Positions 25,998-36,180 of a DNA stretch of 64,000 nucleotides are shown here, one piece after another. Position 1 is the stretch's first letter. Each line of letters begins with the position of its first letter. The translations under genes and the position numbers were made by a program. Under the pieces are notes generated by a model. That model ran no database searches, was not told the DNA's origin, and saw only the letters and a program-made list of their open reading frames with translations. The DNA lies in sequence record ON568341.1. One strand, 5' to 3'.

Positions 25998-26350
25998 GTA
26001 TATTTTCGGTTTGTGTGGTAAACATAAAAAGTGATGGTAGTTTAATTGAATTTGAACTAGTTGATGACGATTATAATGCATATGGTATTAAAGTACAGGG
26101 CAATGATGTACAGTTCAGTGCAAGAACAGATTATGAAAATCCAGTCCATGTTCCTAATTTCATAGAAGATGAAGCAACCCGATTCCAATACGAAACGGTA
26201 TATGACAATGTACATATGCATATTGTTATGCAACAAAGTTTAGTTCAATTAGTTCCTTTGTTCAGACAAAATATATATGTACACGAGATAACGATTGGTG
26301 GCATAAGTAAATCCGTGTTATTCCGTACAATTGATTCCTATGATATGTAA
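25994..26350 (+). CDS. FQ-motif family protein
   Basis: DEATRFQYETVYD. Confidence 0.75.
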   Translation: MSIFSVCVVNIKSDGSLIEFELVDDDYNAYGIKVQGNDVQFSARTDYENPVHVPNFIEDEATRFQYETVYDNVHMHIVMQQSLVQLVPLFRQNIYVHEITIGGISKSVLFRTIDSYDM

Positions 26351-26359
26351 GGAAGTACA

Positions 26360-26908
26360 ATGAGTTTATTAGATACATTAGAAAAAGACAGAAGTGCAAT
26401 TAAGCGTTTAAAAGAGCAAGTACAAAAGATTGTATACAACGTTGATAAGTTTGAGGTTCCCGGAAGATTTGGTGATATTTCCCATACGGAGATCAAATCC
26501 CTGAAGTCAGATTTGTTGATTAAAAATAAAAATGAGTTGATTTTAGTTTTGAGTTCAGATATGATGGGGGCAAGATATGGTTTTAATTCAATATCAGTAC
26601 ATCCTAAGAGTGAAGGGTTATATCTATCACAGGGTTTCAATAGCAACGAGCAGAAGTGTTTTTGTGATGCCGTGCATGATCCTATGAAGTTCAGGAGAAG
26701 TGAAGCCCAAGCGTTATTAGAGCTATCAGACGAAAGTTTGTTTCAGTACAGTACAATATACGACAATGACAAGCTTCGTTGTATGTACGCAGTGAAGCAT
26801 TATGCACATGAGTTCTCTGGATTTGAATACCTTTTAGTCAGAACCAATACAATGTATCTTGATATGTTAGAAGAATACATCGATAAAGTTGTCAATGAGT
26901 ATTACTAA
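26360..26908 (+). CDS. FQ-motif family protein
   Basis: SDESLFQYSTIYD. Confidence 0.8.
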   Translation: MSLLDTLEKDRSAIKRLKEQVQKIVYNVDKFEVPGRFGDISHTEIKSLKSDLLIKNKNELILVLSSDMMGARYGFNSISVHPKSEGLYLSQGFNSNEQKCFCDAVHDPMKFRRSEAQALLELSDESLFQYSTIYDNDKLRCMYAVKHYAHEFSGFEYLLVRTNTMYLDMLEEYIDKVVNEYY

Positions 26909-27069
26909 TGAAAGAGTTATTTGAAGATCAGTTCAATACCTATGTGGATAATATTCTTTATTCCAGTCGTGACAGTCAACGAGGGAATCGTGCTTACAAT
27001 ATTGATTACCTATTAGTGGTACTGAGTTCACAGTACACACACGCTGTACAGAGGATGTATTATGAATAG
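26908..27069 (+). CDS. Hypothetical protein (53 aa, not in the track)
   Basis: TAATG overlap; MKELFEDQ...MYYE*. Confidence 0.6.
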   Translation: MKELFEDQFNTYVDNILYSSRDSQRGNRAYNIDYLLVVLSSQYTHAVQRMYYE

Positions 27070-27265
27070 TTATCACGATATTGCAAAGGAGAAGTTGGAG
27101 TGCAGTTTAGATTACGGTTTAAATGATTTTCTTACATGCACAATGTACAGGAATGATGATTATGAGCAATCCGTAATTTCGTTGCACAGATATTTCGAAA
27201 TAATTTACGCAAGATATCTTAGAAGGTTAGAGGGAATAGGGGATTGGAATTATGATTACGTTTGA
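27062..27265 (+). CDS. Hypothetical protein
   Basis: SD GAGGA; coupled. Confidence 0.65.
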   Translation: MNSYHDIAKEKLECSLDYGLNDFLTCTMYRNDDYEQSVISLHRYFEIIYARYLRRLEGIGDWNYDYV

Positions 27266-27497
27266 AGAGCCGGAAACAATGAGTCCATATACGATGAAAG
27301 GTTTTGAATTCATGATGGATTCGATTTTGAAGAGTTCGTGTTTAGTACACAATCCTGGATGTGCTACAGTGAGGGAATATCAGGACAATGCATTGCATCG
27401 TGTAATGAATATGTACAGGAATACGAGCCGTAAGCTTTGTGCGATTAAAAGGATTAAAGAAATCAAGGCTTCTAAGATGAATAAAATCAATCCGTGA
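27252..27497 (+). CDS. Hypothetical protein
   Basis: Coupled ORF. Confidence 0.65.
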   Translation: MITFEEPETMSPYTMKGFEFMMDSILKSSCLVHNPGCATVREYQDNALHRVMNMYRNTSRKLCAIKRIKEIKASKMNKINP

Positions 27498-27542
27498 GAT
27501 TTTTGAAATCTTCGTATTCATATATCATAAGGTTTAATAAAA

Positions 27543-28271
27543 ATGAAATATAAAGAATTTTGTATAAAAACATGGATGTACACTGGTGAATTGCTTACGT
27601 GTTGTAATTTGTACAAGCGTGATGTAAACTTCACAAAGGACAAAGTTATCAAGTATGAAAATTCTCAATTTTATTTGATGGATTTTAGTACTGGGTTTCA
27701 TGGTAAATCAACCGAGATGCTGGATTATACATTAATGGATGAGGCGGCACTATTTCAAGAATCATTAGTATTTGATAAGAAGTACATCTGTACATTAGAA
27801 GAGATGATTGAAATTCAGAATAAAATTAAATGTGTTCACAGGGAATGTATTGATAAATGGTGTAAAACTGGTGAAACTGATTTTAGTAATCATTTTAATC
27901 TAGGAGAAAGAGTGATGGAATTTGATTTTTTAATATCAGTGCATACATTCAAGAATACACATCAGTACTTTTGTAATTTAAACAAAGGTGATTTAATGCA
28001 CAGTGCGAATGAGTATATTCATTTTATGGATGGTAAATTCACATTCATTGATTACAGTTCATTACAATATCCACATCAAGATATGCCGGACTATACAATA
28101 ATGAATGAGGCTGAACTATTTCAAGCTTCATTAGTATTTGACAAGAAGTACATCTGTACATTTGAAGAAGTAATTACTATACAAAATGAAATGAAGGAGT
28201 ATGCATCTTTGAATAAACCCAATGAAGGTATTAATCAAGAATACAAATTCAATATAGAGATTCCAAAATGA
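27543..28271 (+). CDS. FQ-motif family protein with two tandem modules
   Basis: DEAALFQESLVFDKKYICT and NEAELFQASLVFDKKYICT. Confidence 0.85.
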   Translation: MKYKEFCIKTWMYTGELLTCCNLYKRDVNFTKDKVIKYENSQFYLMDFSTGFHGKSTEMLDYTLMDEAALFQESLVFDKKYICTLEEMIEIQNKIKCVHRECIDKWCKTGETDFSNHFNLGERVMEFDFLISVHTFKNTHQYFCNLNKGDLMHSANEYIHFMDGKFTFIDYSSLQYPHQDMPDYTIMNEAELFQASLVFDKKYICTFEEVITIQNEMKEYASLNKPNEGINQEYKFNIEIPK

Positions 28272-28627
28272 CATATGATTACTCTATGTACTATTATAAG
28301 TTACCTAAAGGATGGGACTTGTGCTGTAATCTTATTAAGGGAGACTCGGAACATGAGTTGAATTTATATATGCACTACAAAGATTCTTGTTTTAAATTTA
28401 TTCATGTATCACATGATGACTATGACTATGAATCTGAGAGTCTTATAGATTATACAGTACTGGACGATGGCGAACTATTTCAGGAAGCATTAGTGTTTGA
28501 TAAGAATAAGTACTCCTGTACATTTGAAGAAATGGTTTCTTTGCAAACTGAAATGAAGAGATTTGAAAAAGAAAACGTATTTAATCCATCCCCATCAAGA
28601 ACGAATAATTATTATTTCAATATATGA
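28268..28627 (+). CDS. FQ-motif family protein (short type)
   Basis: DDGELFQEALVFD. Confidence 0.8.
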   Translation: MTYDYSMYYYKLPKGWDLCCNLIKGDSEHELNLYMHYKDSCFKFIHVSHDDYDYESESLIDYTVLDDGELFQEALVFDKNKYSCTFEEMVSLQTEMKRFEKENVFNPSPSRTNNYYFNI

Positions 28628-28636
28628 GATTATAAA

Positions 28637-29110
28637 ATGACATTACAGAGTTCATTGGAAAAAGCAAAGAAGATCCATGAGTACATGAATATGGCAAAAG
28701 AAGGTTCAGTTTACGGTGTTTTCAAAGACACAAGTACTCAATATTATGTGCCGGATAACCTCCTTTATAATGACTACTCAGATACAGAAACGTGCGTACT
28801 GGATACCGACCCTAAAGATTATGAATGTTTCATTGATATGCATTATGAGTACATGGTCTATATTAATGATGCAGATATTACCATCTACAGTACTGACAGC
28901 GATTCCGATGACATTATAATTCCGAGTGAAGTTCTGGAAGGTCCGTGGGATAGTGAAGAGTATTACTTCCAACAAAGTACTGTGTATGATGAAGAAGTTT
29001 TAGATGTTATTGTAATTATGTGGTATTTTAAAAGTATTGGTTCTGGGAACTTCTATTTCGATTACAAATACGTAAAGAAAACTGTAGATAACGGTATTAA
29101 CAGGGGTTGA
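28637..29110 (+). CDS. FQ-motif family, W.SEEYYFQ subfamily
   Basis: GPWDSEEYYFQQSTVYD. Confidence 0.85.
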   Translation: MTLQSSLEKAKKIHEYMNMAKEGSVYGVFKDTSTQYYVPDNLLYNDYSDTETCVLDTDPKDYECFIDMHYEYMVYINDADITIYSTDSDSDDIIIPSEVLEGPWDSEEYYFQQSTVYDEEVLDVIVIMWYFKSIGSGNFYFDYKYVKKTVDNGINRG

Positions 29111-29111
29111 A

Positions 29112-29582
29112 ATGAGTTTAGAAAGAGCATTAGAGATTGCGAAGTTAATTGATTTATGCAGCAAAGAAATTGTATCAAATTGTCTCAATGGATATCTATT
29201 CAAGGAAGGTAAATCATATTGTCGAATGAGATACGATGACAGTAGTGAGTATATTCACATGTATGAAGAAGACCTTGATGATTCCGAAATAACACTGAAT
29301 GGGTGTGATGTTAATCTGGAAGATAATTACATTTACTTCAGTCGTGGTGCTGATATTTTAATACAAGAAACATCAATTCAACATGTGAATCCAGATGTAT
29401 ATCTTCCATATTCAGTACTGGATAATGACTGGGGAAGTGAAGAGGTTTACTTTCAGCATAATACTATCTATGATGAAGATGTGCTTGACAAGCTTGTCAT
29501 TCTGTGGTACTTTAAGAACACTGATACTCCCAACTTCTATATGGATTTGGATCTACTACGAGTTATAAAAGAGGATATATGA
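29112..29582 (+). CDS. FQ-motif family, W.SEEYYFQ subfamily
   Basis: WGSEEVYFQHNTIYD. Confidence 0.85.
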   Translation: MSLERALEIAKLIDLCSKEIVSNCLNGYLFKEGKSYCRMRYDDSSEYIHMYEEDLDDSEITLNGCDVNLEDNYIYFSRGADILIQETSIQHVNPDVYLPYSVLDNDWGSEEVYFQHNTIYDEDVLDKLVILWYFKNTDTPNFYMDLDLLRVIKEDI

Positions 29583-30022
29583 GTTTAGCAAGTGCACTTA
29601 AACTGGCACACAAAATACATCACTTCCACGATAACATAAAAAGTGGGTTTTATGGTGATAAAGTACATACATATGGAAATGAATATTATCTATCAGGTGT
29701 GACAAGATACTCTAATGATATTTTACTTATGGGATGTGATAAAGATAACTTCATGCAGTACACGTCATGTAGCTTATACACTAATTTTATTGTATATATG
29801 CCTGGTGCTAATATTACATTTGACACATCAAATACCTCGGTAGATTTTGGAATACTGGATGGGCCGTGGGGGACTGAAGAGTATTACTTCCAACAGAGTT
29901 TTATTTTCAGCCAAGAAATGCTTGATTCCTTGGTTGTTTTGTGGTACTTTAAGGAATTAGATATAGAACCCTTCTTTATGGACTGGGGGGCGTGTGAGTA
30001 TTTAGAGACAGAGGTATATTAA
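29579..30022 (+). CDS. FQ-motif family, W.SEEYYFQ subfamily
   Basis: GPWGTEEYYFQQSFIFS. Confidence 0.85.
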   Translation: MSLASALKLAHKIHHFHDNIKSGFYGDKVHTYGNEYYLSGVTRYSNDILLMGCDKDNFMQYTSCSLYTNFIVYMPGANITFDTSNTSVDFGILDGPWGTEEYYFQQSFIFSQEMLDSLVVLWYFKELDIEPFFMDWGACEYLETEVY

Positions 30023-30510
30023 TGTCATTGCAGAGTGCATTAAAAGAGGCAAAGAAGATTCATGAGTACATGATTATGGTACAGGAAGGTTTAGTGCCTG
30101 GTGTATACAAAACATCAGATACGGAATTCTTTGTTCTGGACAGGGATGATTATGATGAGTCCGAGGTACATGCTGAAACATTAGTTCTGCACACTGATAC
30201 TGGTGATAGTGACAACTGTGAATATCATATGTACAATCAATACATTAGTTATTGCCGTAATGAAGATATTACCATCTACAACACAGATATTGATGCTGAT
30301 GACACTATCATTCCATATTCAGTTCTGGAAGGTCCGTGGGATAGTGAAGAGTATTACTTTCAGAATAGTACTATCTACAGTGAAGAAGAACTGGATGTTA
30401 TTGTGATTATGTGGTACTTTAAAAGTATTGACTCCAGTAGTTTCTATTTTGATTATGAATATGTAGAGAATACAGTAGGAGAAGGTAATGTCATTACAAA
30501 GTGCTCTTGA
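30022..30510 (+). CDS. FQ-motif family, W.SEEYYFQ subfamily
   Basis: GPWDSEEYYFQNSTIYS; 39-nt DNA identity with the 28637 gene. Confidence 0.85.
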   Translation: MSLQSALKEAKKIHEYMIMVQEGLVPGVYKTSDTEFFVLDRDDYDESEVHAETLVLHTDTGDSDNCEYHMYNQYISYCRNEDITIYNTDIDADDTIIPYSVLEGPWDSEEYYFQNSTIYSEEELDVIVIMWYFKSIDSSSFYFDYEYVENTVGEGNVITKCS

Positions 30511-30934
30511 AAAAGCAAAAGAACTACATGGATACTTTGAAGATATAAAGGCAGGAAAGTTCAAAGAAGTATACAAAACCGAGAACGGTAACTACTACAA
30601 AGATGAAATATATAATAATTCCGTTGGTGTAAGGGTTATTCTTGGGTTGAATTCCAATAGTCCTGTGTCGTTTTCTGAATACAATAGAGATGCAGAATTC
30701 ATTAGTTATGTTGAAAATGGTAGCATTCGTTTTATTAATAGACAAAAACCATTAATTTTGAATTATGAAGTTCTGGATGGTCAGTGGAATAATGAAGAGT
30801 ATTACTTCCAAAACAGTACTGTATACGACGATGAAGTACTTGAAGCATTAGTTATTATGTGGTACTTCAAGAGTATTAACTGTCCTCGATTTTATTTGGA
30901 TTTCGAAGAACTTGGTAAAGATCCAGAGGTATAG
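30488..30934 (+). CDS. FQ-motif family, W.SEEYYFQ subfamily
   Basis: GQWNNEEYYFQNSTVYD. Confidence 0.85.
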   Translation: MSLQSALEKAKELHGYFEDIKAGKFKEVYKTENGNYYKDEIYNNSVGVRVILGLNSNSPVSFSEYNRDAEFISYVENGSIRFINRQKPLILNYEVLDGQWNNEEYYFQNSTVYDDEVLEALVIMWYFKSINCPRFYLDFEELGKDPEV

Positions 30935-30935
30935 A

Positions 30936-31250
30936 ATGAAAAACTTATTCAGTGTTCAGTACGTTCCAGGTGAAATTAGTTTATTGTATCTCTTTGACCA
31001 TGATAATTCATTATTACTAGTAGTGAAGAAATGCCAAGCTAGTTCGTTTGTTGAATACATTCACGATAATGAATATATACCTGATTTTTTAGAGTGTGAT
31101 TATCACGATGAACATGAATCATTTATTTTCCAGGAATCGCTAGTATGGGATAAGTCGATTAACTTTTTTACGTTAATTGAATTACAAAAGCAGGTGAAAT
31201 ATCATTGGGATTACTTAATTACCCAAGACTACATAGAGATAGAAATATAA
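30936..31250 (+). CDS. FQ-motif family protein (short type)
   Basis: HESFIFQESLVWD. Confidence 0.8.
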   Translation: MKNLFSVQYVPGEISLLYLFDHDNSLLLVVKKCQASSFVEYIHDNEYIPDFLECDYHDEHESFIFQESLVWDKSINFFTLIELQKQVKYHWDYLITQDYIEIEI

Positions 31251-31558
31251 TGACTAAAAATGAATTTGATTCACTTTGTACGGTTTATAATTCATTGACA
31301 GCAATACCTGACTTTATTAATTATATTTCAGCTTTAAATCACATTATGCATAGTTTTGAACAATCATTTGAAGAGAAATATGCTGGAAGAAAAGTTCTAT
31401 GTCATATGACAATGTACTTAGGAGATGGTGAGCCTTACACTACAAGTACTACATGTGAAATAAAAAAATATAATATATTATTGGGAACTATAGAATTCAC
31501 AGTATCCAATGGCGGTAGTTATATGTACTTTAGAGATGGAGTGGTTGAATTATTATGA
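31250..31558 (+). CDS. Hypothetical protein (helix plus KY.G.K.V family)
   Basis: EEKYAGRKVL. Confidence 0.65.
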   Translation: MTKNEFDSLCTVYNSLTAIPDFINYISALNHIMHSFEQSFEEKYAGRKVLCHMTMYLGDGEPYTTSTTCEIKKYNILLGTIEFTVSNGGSYMYFRDGVVELL

Positions 31559-32004
31559 GTTACGAAAGTGCAATCAAGAAAGCAAATGATATTCTACGCG
31601 TCGTTCAATTCTTCAAAGAAAATCCTGAATACGTAGATGATAAAAACCAAGAGAACGATGAGAGATTGAGACGAAAAATTATCTCTTTATTTGACACTAA
31701 TAAAGATAATTGGAGTCTATGTGAGTTAGCATACGATTATATTTCATTGAACCGAAATGATGATGTAGTTAAGATAGAAAGGCATGAATCAGAAGAATCT
31801 TTTAAAATTTCAGATATTTTATCCCTGAGTACTGAAGAAGGGTACTTCCAGGGTAGCACTCTTTATAATGAAGAAACACTTGACAATCTATGCACATTCA
31901 GTGTAATATATCAGAAATCTGTACTAGATATATTTTATCTTGACACTGCTGAACTGCATACCCTAACCAATTTTGTTACTACCGAAGAGGCTACATTCGA
32001 GTGA
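31555..32004 (+). CDS. FQ-motif family protein
   Basis: TEEGYFQGSTLYN. Confidence 0.8.
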   Translation: MSYESAIKKANDILRVVQFFKENPEYVDDKNQENDERLRRKIISLFDTNKDNWSLCELAYDYISLNRNDDVVKIERHESEESFKISDILSLSTEEGYFQGSTLYNEETLDNLCTFSVIYQKSVLDIFYLDTAELHTLTNFVTTEEATFE

Positions 32005-32537
32005 TGAAAGTTAACATTAATGACTTTGATGCATTACAAGATTTATCAAAAAAGATTCGCACCATCGTACCAGTACTTAAAAAATGCAGTACTGGTTTAA
32101 TCGATCCTAGTACTGTTGTTAATGAGAAGTACAATTTTCATCGTGTATTACAGGGGACAGGTGCATTTCAGAAGTGTGAGGTACGTGAGAAACATGTAAT
32201 TGATACATCGTTGTTTTCTATTGGTGCACCTGTGTCAAACAATACTATTTTCCTGGATGCCTCTGGAAATATTCAACAATTAACATTTAAGAAAAGGAAA
32301 AAGAATAATAACATTGGTGTGTACGCGATGAAGTGGGGACAGCCAGCGTTGATGCGTGACATTCACATTCCTAAGTACAATTTCAATGCATTTGAAGAAC
32401 AGTGTTTTCAACTTTCTTGTACTGACCCTGACTATGCTATCATTCAATTCTATATGGAATTGCAGATTGCATTTAATAGTAATTTGTATATTAACTTATT
32501 GGCAATGAACATAGATGAAGTATTCAAAAACATTTAA
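32001..32537 (+). CDS. FQ-motif family protein
   Basis: FEEQCFQLSCT. Confidence 0.7.
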   Translation: MMKVNINDFDALQDLSKKIRTIVPVLKKCSTGLIDPSTVVNEKYNFHRVLQGTGAFQKCEVREKHVIDTSLFSIGAPVSNNTIFLDASGNIQQLTFKKRKKNNNIGVYAMKWGQPALMRDIHIPKYNFNAFEEQCFQLSCTDPDYAIIQFYMELQIAFNSNLYINLLAMNIDEVFKNI

Positions 32538-32733
32538 TCGAATTGAATACATGAGAACTGTGAGAGCGGTGTGGAATATATGGTACACTACTAAACCAAA
32601 AATGGATTACCATGATTTTAAGCTCTTGTTCTTTGTTGGCTCTAACAAACAGGATGTTGCAATGAAGGGTTATATTCAGCACTTACAGGAACTAATCCAG
32701 AAGAGAATATATGAAAATAATAGACCAAAATGA
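32515..32733 (+). CDS. LGTNYQE-family paralogue (outlier)
   Basis: FVGSNKQD. Confidence 0.65.
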   Translation: MKYSKTFNRIEYMRTVRAVWNIWYTTKPKMDYHDFKLLFFVGSNKQDVAMKGYIQHLQELIQKRIYENNRPK

Positions 32734-32902
32734 CATTGCTAAACTATTCAATATATATTCTACTAGAATGATGCAAACAGATTCATATAGTACTAAATTC
32801 AAAGAGTTGAAAGTACTGATGTACTTGGGAACACAATATCAGGAACAAGTTATTTTAGAATATATTAATTCATTAAAGAAGGATATCCGTGATGTACGAT
32901 GA
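32711..32902 (+). CDS. LGTNYQE-family paralogue (outlier)
   Basis: YLGTQYQE. Confidence 0.8.
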   Translation: MKIIDQNDIAKLFNIYSTRMMQTDSYSTKFKELKVLMYLGTQYQEQVILEYINSLKKDIRDVR

Positions 32903-33452
32903 TTTAGATCTTGCGTTTGAACGCATGAAAATTTTAATGCAATGCAATGAAATGCATGAGACAATCCGTCGCACCAAAGGGATTGAATATACAAGTAAAC
33001 TATTCTCATACGAAAGTCGTCGAGGGATGGATCATTTTTACTGCACTGATTGTTCAAAGTTTTCAGTACTGAAATATTATCATCCTACTGTTTCCAATAA
33101 TAGTTTAATATCCACATATGACGGTGATCTGTTTAGTGTAATGTATGACACATTACATCCATCAATTTCAATATATAAAGATTGCGATAGTAGTCTATCG
33201 TATATAATTGAAGATTACTTATCTCCTAATACTGAAGAGAATATATTTCAAAACAGTGTATTGCATGATGAATTAAGTATAAAATGCATCTATATGTTCA
33301 ATAAGTTAAAAGAATACGTTGATAATAATTACTTAATTGATGAGTTAGCTGTGTTTTCGGTTTCAGTTTTCAATACAAATGATGTTGATATGAAATACTA
33401 TAATGAAATTTGTAAAGTACATAACATGTATAAGGAACTCTTATGCTACTAA
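32889..33452 (+). CDS. FQ-motif family protein
   Basis: TEENIFQNSVLHD. Confidence 0.8.
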   Translation: MMYDDLDLAFERMKILMQCNEMHETIRRTKGIEYTSKLFSYESRRGMDHFYCTDCSKFSVLKYYHPTVSNNSLISTYDGDLFSVMYDTLHPSISIYKDCDSSLSYIIEDYLSPNTEENIFQNSVLHDELSIKCIYMFNKLKEYVDNNYLIDELAVFSVSVFNTNDVDMKYYNEICKVHNMYKELLCY

Positions 33453-34045
33453 ATGCCAATAAATGTTGTAGTGCAGATGTGCATTTGTTTTTTAAGAAAT
33501 TGGCAAATGATATTATATATATGCAGGAAATGATTTACCACAAACGAACAGATTTAGAAAAAGCATTAGTACAGTTCTCCTTTATGCTTGATGGTGATAT
33601 ATTTCTACATGGTGATACATTGCGAACAGTACTGGACGGAAATTCAAATAGAAGTTTCATTTGTACAAATAATAAATTTTCTTCCACGATGTGCCGTACT
33701 TTTTATAATCCTGATTCGGACTTATATCAAGTGTCGTATTCTAAAGGTGCAGTTGAATCATCATATTGTGATAGTTCAGCTTTAGGTAAAAGTCGTCCAT
33801 ATATGCAATCATTTGAAATTGAACTCATCAGTACTGATGAAGATGCAATGTTCACAAATGATATAACGATGGATCGTGAATCGGCAATGATATATATTAC
33901 AAATTCTATGCATACATTCTTTCAACGATTAGAATTTGATAATGTATATATATCAAATGTAAATATTTTCAATGATCTGTGTCAGTACTTGAAAAGTGTT
34001 TGTGATTTTGATGAAAGCTATTGTAAGCTTTATACTGAGGTATAA
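33443..34045 (+). CDS. Hypothetical protein, degenerate FQ-family
   Basis: DEDAMFTNDITMD at the motif position. Confidence 0.65.
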   Translation: MLLNANKCCSADVHLFFKKLANDIIYMQEMIYHKRTDLEKALVQFSFMLDGDIFLHGDTLRTVLDGNSNRSFICTNNKFSSTMCRTFYNPDSDLYQVSYSKGAVESSYCDSSALGKSRPYMQSFEIELISTDEDAMFTNDITMDRESAMIYITNSMHTFFQRLEFDNVYISNVNIFNDLCQYLKSVCDFDESYCKLYTEV

Positions 34046-34050
34046 AACAA

Positions 34051-34413
34051 ATGAACACATTAAGTATTACATACTATACAACTAAAAAATTAATTACTTG
34101 TTTAATATCATTGAAGTCAAAAAATGATGATATGTTTGATATGGCTGCATATGAATTAGAATTATCAGAAGATGGTTTCAAGATCTATGAAGTATATAGC
34201 TATGTTCGTGAAGATGTAATTGACACTACACTAATGCAAGAGGATGAGTTATTCCAAGAAAGTTTAGTATGGGATAATAAGTACGATTGTAACTTTGATT
34301 TCTTATGTTTAATCCAAAAAGAAATGAAAAGAATCTTTGATAATTATCCAATCAAACGTTTCAGTACTGCACCTGAGCAATATAAAAGGATTATATTCAC
34401 CTATGAAGATTGA
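34051..34413 (+). CDS. FQ-motif family protein (short type)
   Basis: QEDELFQESLVWD. Confidence 0.8.
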   Translation: MNTLSITYYTTKKLITCLISLKSKNDDMFDMAAYELELSEDGFKIYEVYSYVREDVIDTTLMQEDELFQESLVWDNKYDCNFDFLCLIQKEMKRIFDNYPIKRFSTAPEQYKRIIFTYED

Positions 34414-34780
34414 ATTTGAAGTTATTACATATAGTATAGGTGATGGTATCCGTTGCTACGTACAAGCAAGGCATATTGTTCCTGATGATAAACTGTCACC
34501 CAAAAGTTTCCTTATTACACAAGAACTCTTAGATATTAACAGAGAGAACAAGTATACATATTATCTCACTAAGGGTTATTGTGGTTCGCGTGGATTTAAT
34601 ATTGTAGCTGTTTCTAGAGATGAAATTGATGATTTAACTGAGTACGGTGAAGAAGAGATGTTCCAGTACAGTACTGTTTTTAATGAACTGGATGTGTTTC
34701 TGTTACGAAAAATACAACACATTATGAAAGAATGTTTGCATCATAAGAGAGGTATTGTATGCGACGTGAATCTGAATTAG
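34403..34780 (+). CDS. FQ-motif family protein (short type)
   Basis: GEEEMFQYSTVFN. Confidence 0.8.
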   Translation: MKIEFEVITYSIGDGIRCYVQARHIVPDDKLSPKSFLITQELLDINRENKYTYYLTKGYCGSRGFNIVAVSRDEIDDLTEYGEEEMFQYSTVFNELDVFLLRKIQHIMKECLHHKRGIVCDVNLN

Positions 34781-35100
34781 TTAAAGTAATGTACGCTACT
34801 CATATTAAACTACTACTTGTGAAATTTGATTATAATATAAAACATAATAATTTCTATACGTTGATTCGTGATGAAAATTCATTCTCATTGCGATGCAACA
34901 ATATACAGTGGACGATAAGTGATTTTACTTCACTTGACGAGGGTGAATTATTTCAAGAATCATTAGTTTTTAATAGTAATATAAAAGTTGATATAGAAGC
35001 AATTAAACAGTATCAAATATTATTAAACAAAATTATGGATTGTTATCCATGTGAAATAGGTGGTCATATGCAGTTCAAATCAAAAATGTACGAGTTATGA
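34759..35100 (+). CDS. FQ-motif family protein (short type)
   Basis: DEGELFQESLVFN. Confidence 0.8.
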   Translation: MRRESELVKVMYATHIKLLLVKFDYNIKHNNFYTLIRDENSFSLRCNNIQWTISDFTSLDEGELFQESLVFNSNIKVDIEAIKQYQILLNKIMDCYPCEIGGHMQFKSKMYEL

Positions 35101-35107
35101 GGTCTTT

Positions 35108-35644
35108 ATGTTAGATAAAAAAATGAACACTGGAACTCTATACAATCATCTTAAGTTGGATACTTTCGAATCAGCTATCAGTACTGCACAAGATATTATC
35201 GATATTATTAAGTACATTAAAGAAAATAAGTTAAAATGTGTGAAAACACCCGAACGTACAATGTATAAAGATGACTGTATTCACGTATCTGTTGTTAATC
35301 CAAAAGATAAGGATGGTAATAGAGATTTCTATAATAACAGTGAGCAGTTCGAATGTGAATATGATCCAGAATTCAGAGGTGGTTTCATGTGTTACAGTAT
35401 GAAGGATACCTCACACATTGAGATACGTTCATCTAAAGGTGGCATACGTACATTAGAGTTCATTGATATAGTTTTAAATCAGGAATACTACTTTCAACTA
35501 TCATTATTGTTTCCTGCATACGATTTAGGAGTTCTATTCATGTATAAGTACTTTCATGAGCACTGGAATGAAGACTTCTATCTGGACTTAGAAGATTACC
35601 AATTAGTTTGGGAAGAAATGGTAGAACTTCGCAACCACTCTTGA
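35108..35644 (+). CDS. FQ-motif family protein
   Basis: NQEYYFQLSLLFP. Confidence 0.8.
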   Translation: MLDKKMNTGTLYNHLKLDTFESAISTAQDIIDIIKYIKENKLKCVKTPERTMYKDDCIHVSVVNPKDKDGNRDFYNNSEQFECEYDPEFRGGFMCYSMKDTSHIEIRSSKGGIRTLEFIDIVLNQEYYFQLSLLFPAYDLGVLFMYKYFHEHWNEDFYLDLEDYQLVWEEMVELRNHS

Positions 35645-35670
35645 CACCCACCGATTTTTTGTGATATAAT
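35641..35670 (+). promoter_or_regulatory. sigma70 promoter
   Basis: TTGACA-18-TATAAT with TG extension. Confidence 0.65.
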
Positions 35671-35703
35671 CCCTTTATATTAATTTTAAAGGGTTATAAC
35701 ACA

Positions 35704-36180
35704 ATGTCCAACGAACTCACATTCACCAATGCACAAAAAATAGCAAAAGACATTATCAGGGTTTATAAATTCCTTGCGAATGTTACTGAAGATTTTTTAA
35801 TTGATAAAAATAAAGTTATTAAGCGAAATGGATACCTTTCCTTTATGGATGGGTTGCTCTATAGTTCAGATGAGTCAGCTTGTAGTATTAGAGTACTTGA
35901 TACTGTACCAAGTGGTGATTTTATTTCATACCATTTTCCAAGTTCAGATAAGTTCAAATACTACAATAGTATTCTCATAGCAGAAGACTTTGATACGATT
36001 GTAATTAACACTGAAGAAGAGTTCTTCCAGTACAGTACTGTGTACCCAGAGAGGATTGTTTTCAGTTCAGTGATTTACACTACCCTTAAAAATGAACTAA
36101 ATTCCGATAGTGATCATTTCTACTTGGACCTGAATAATATCGATTGTATTATTGAGTACATGGAGAAAAATGGTTTATGA
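35704..36180 (+). CDS. FQ-motif family protein
   Basis: TEEEFFQYSTVYP. Confidence 0.8.
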   Translation: MSNELTFTNAQKIAKDIIRVYKFLANVTEDFLIDKNKVIKRNGYLSFMDGLLYSSDESACSIRVLDTVPSGDFISYHFPSSDKFKYYNSILIAEDFDTIVINTEEEFFQYSTVYPERIVFSSVIYTTLKNELNSDSDHFYLDLNNIDCIIEYMEKNGL

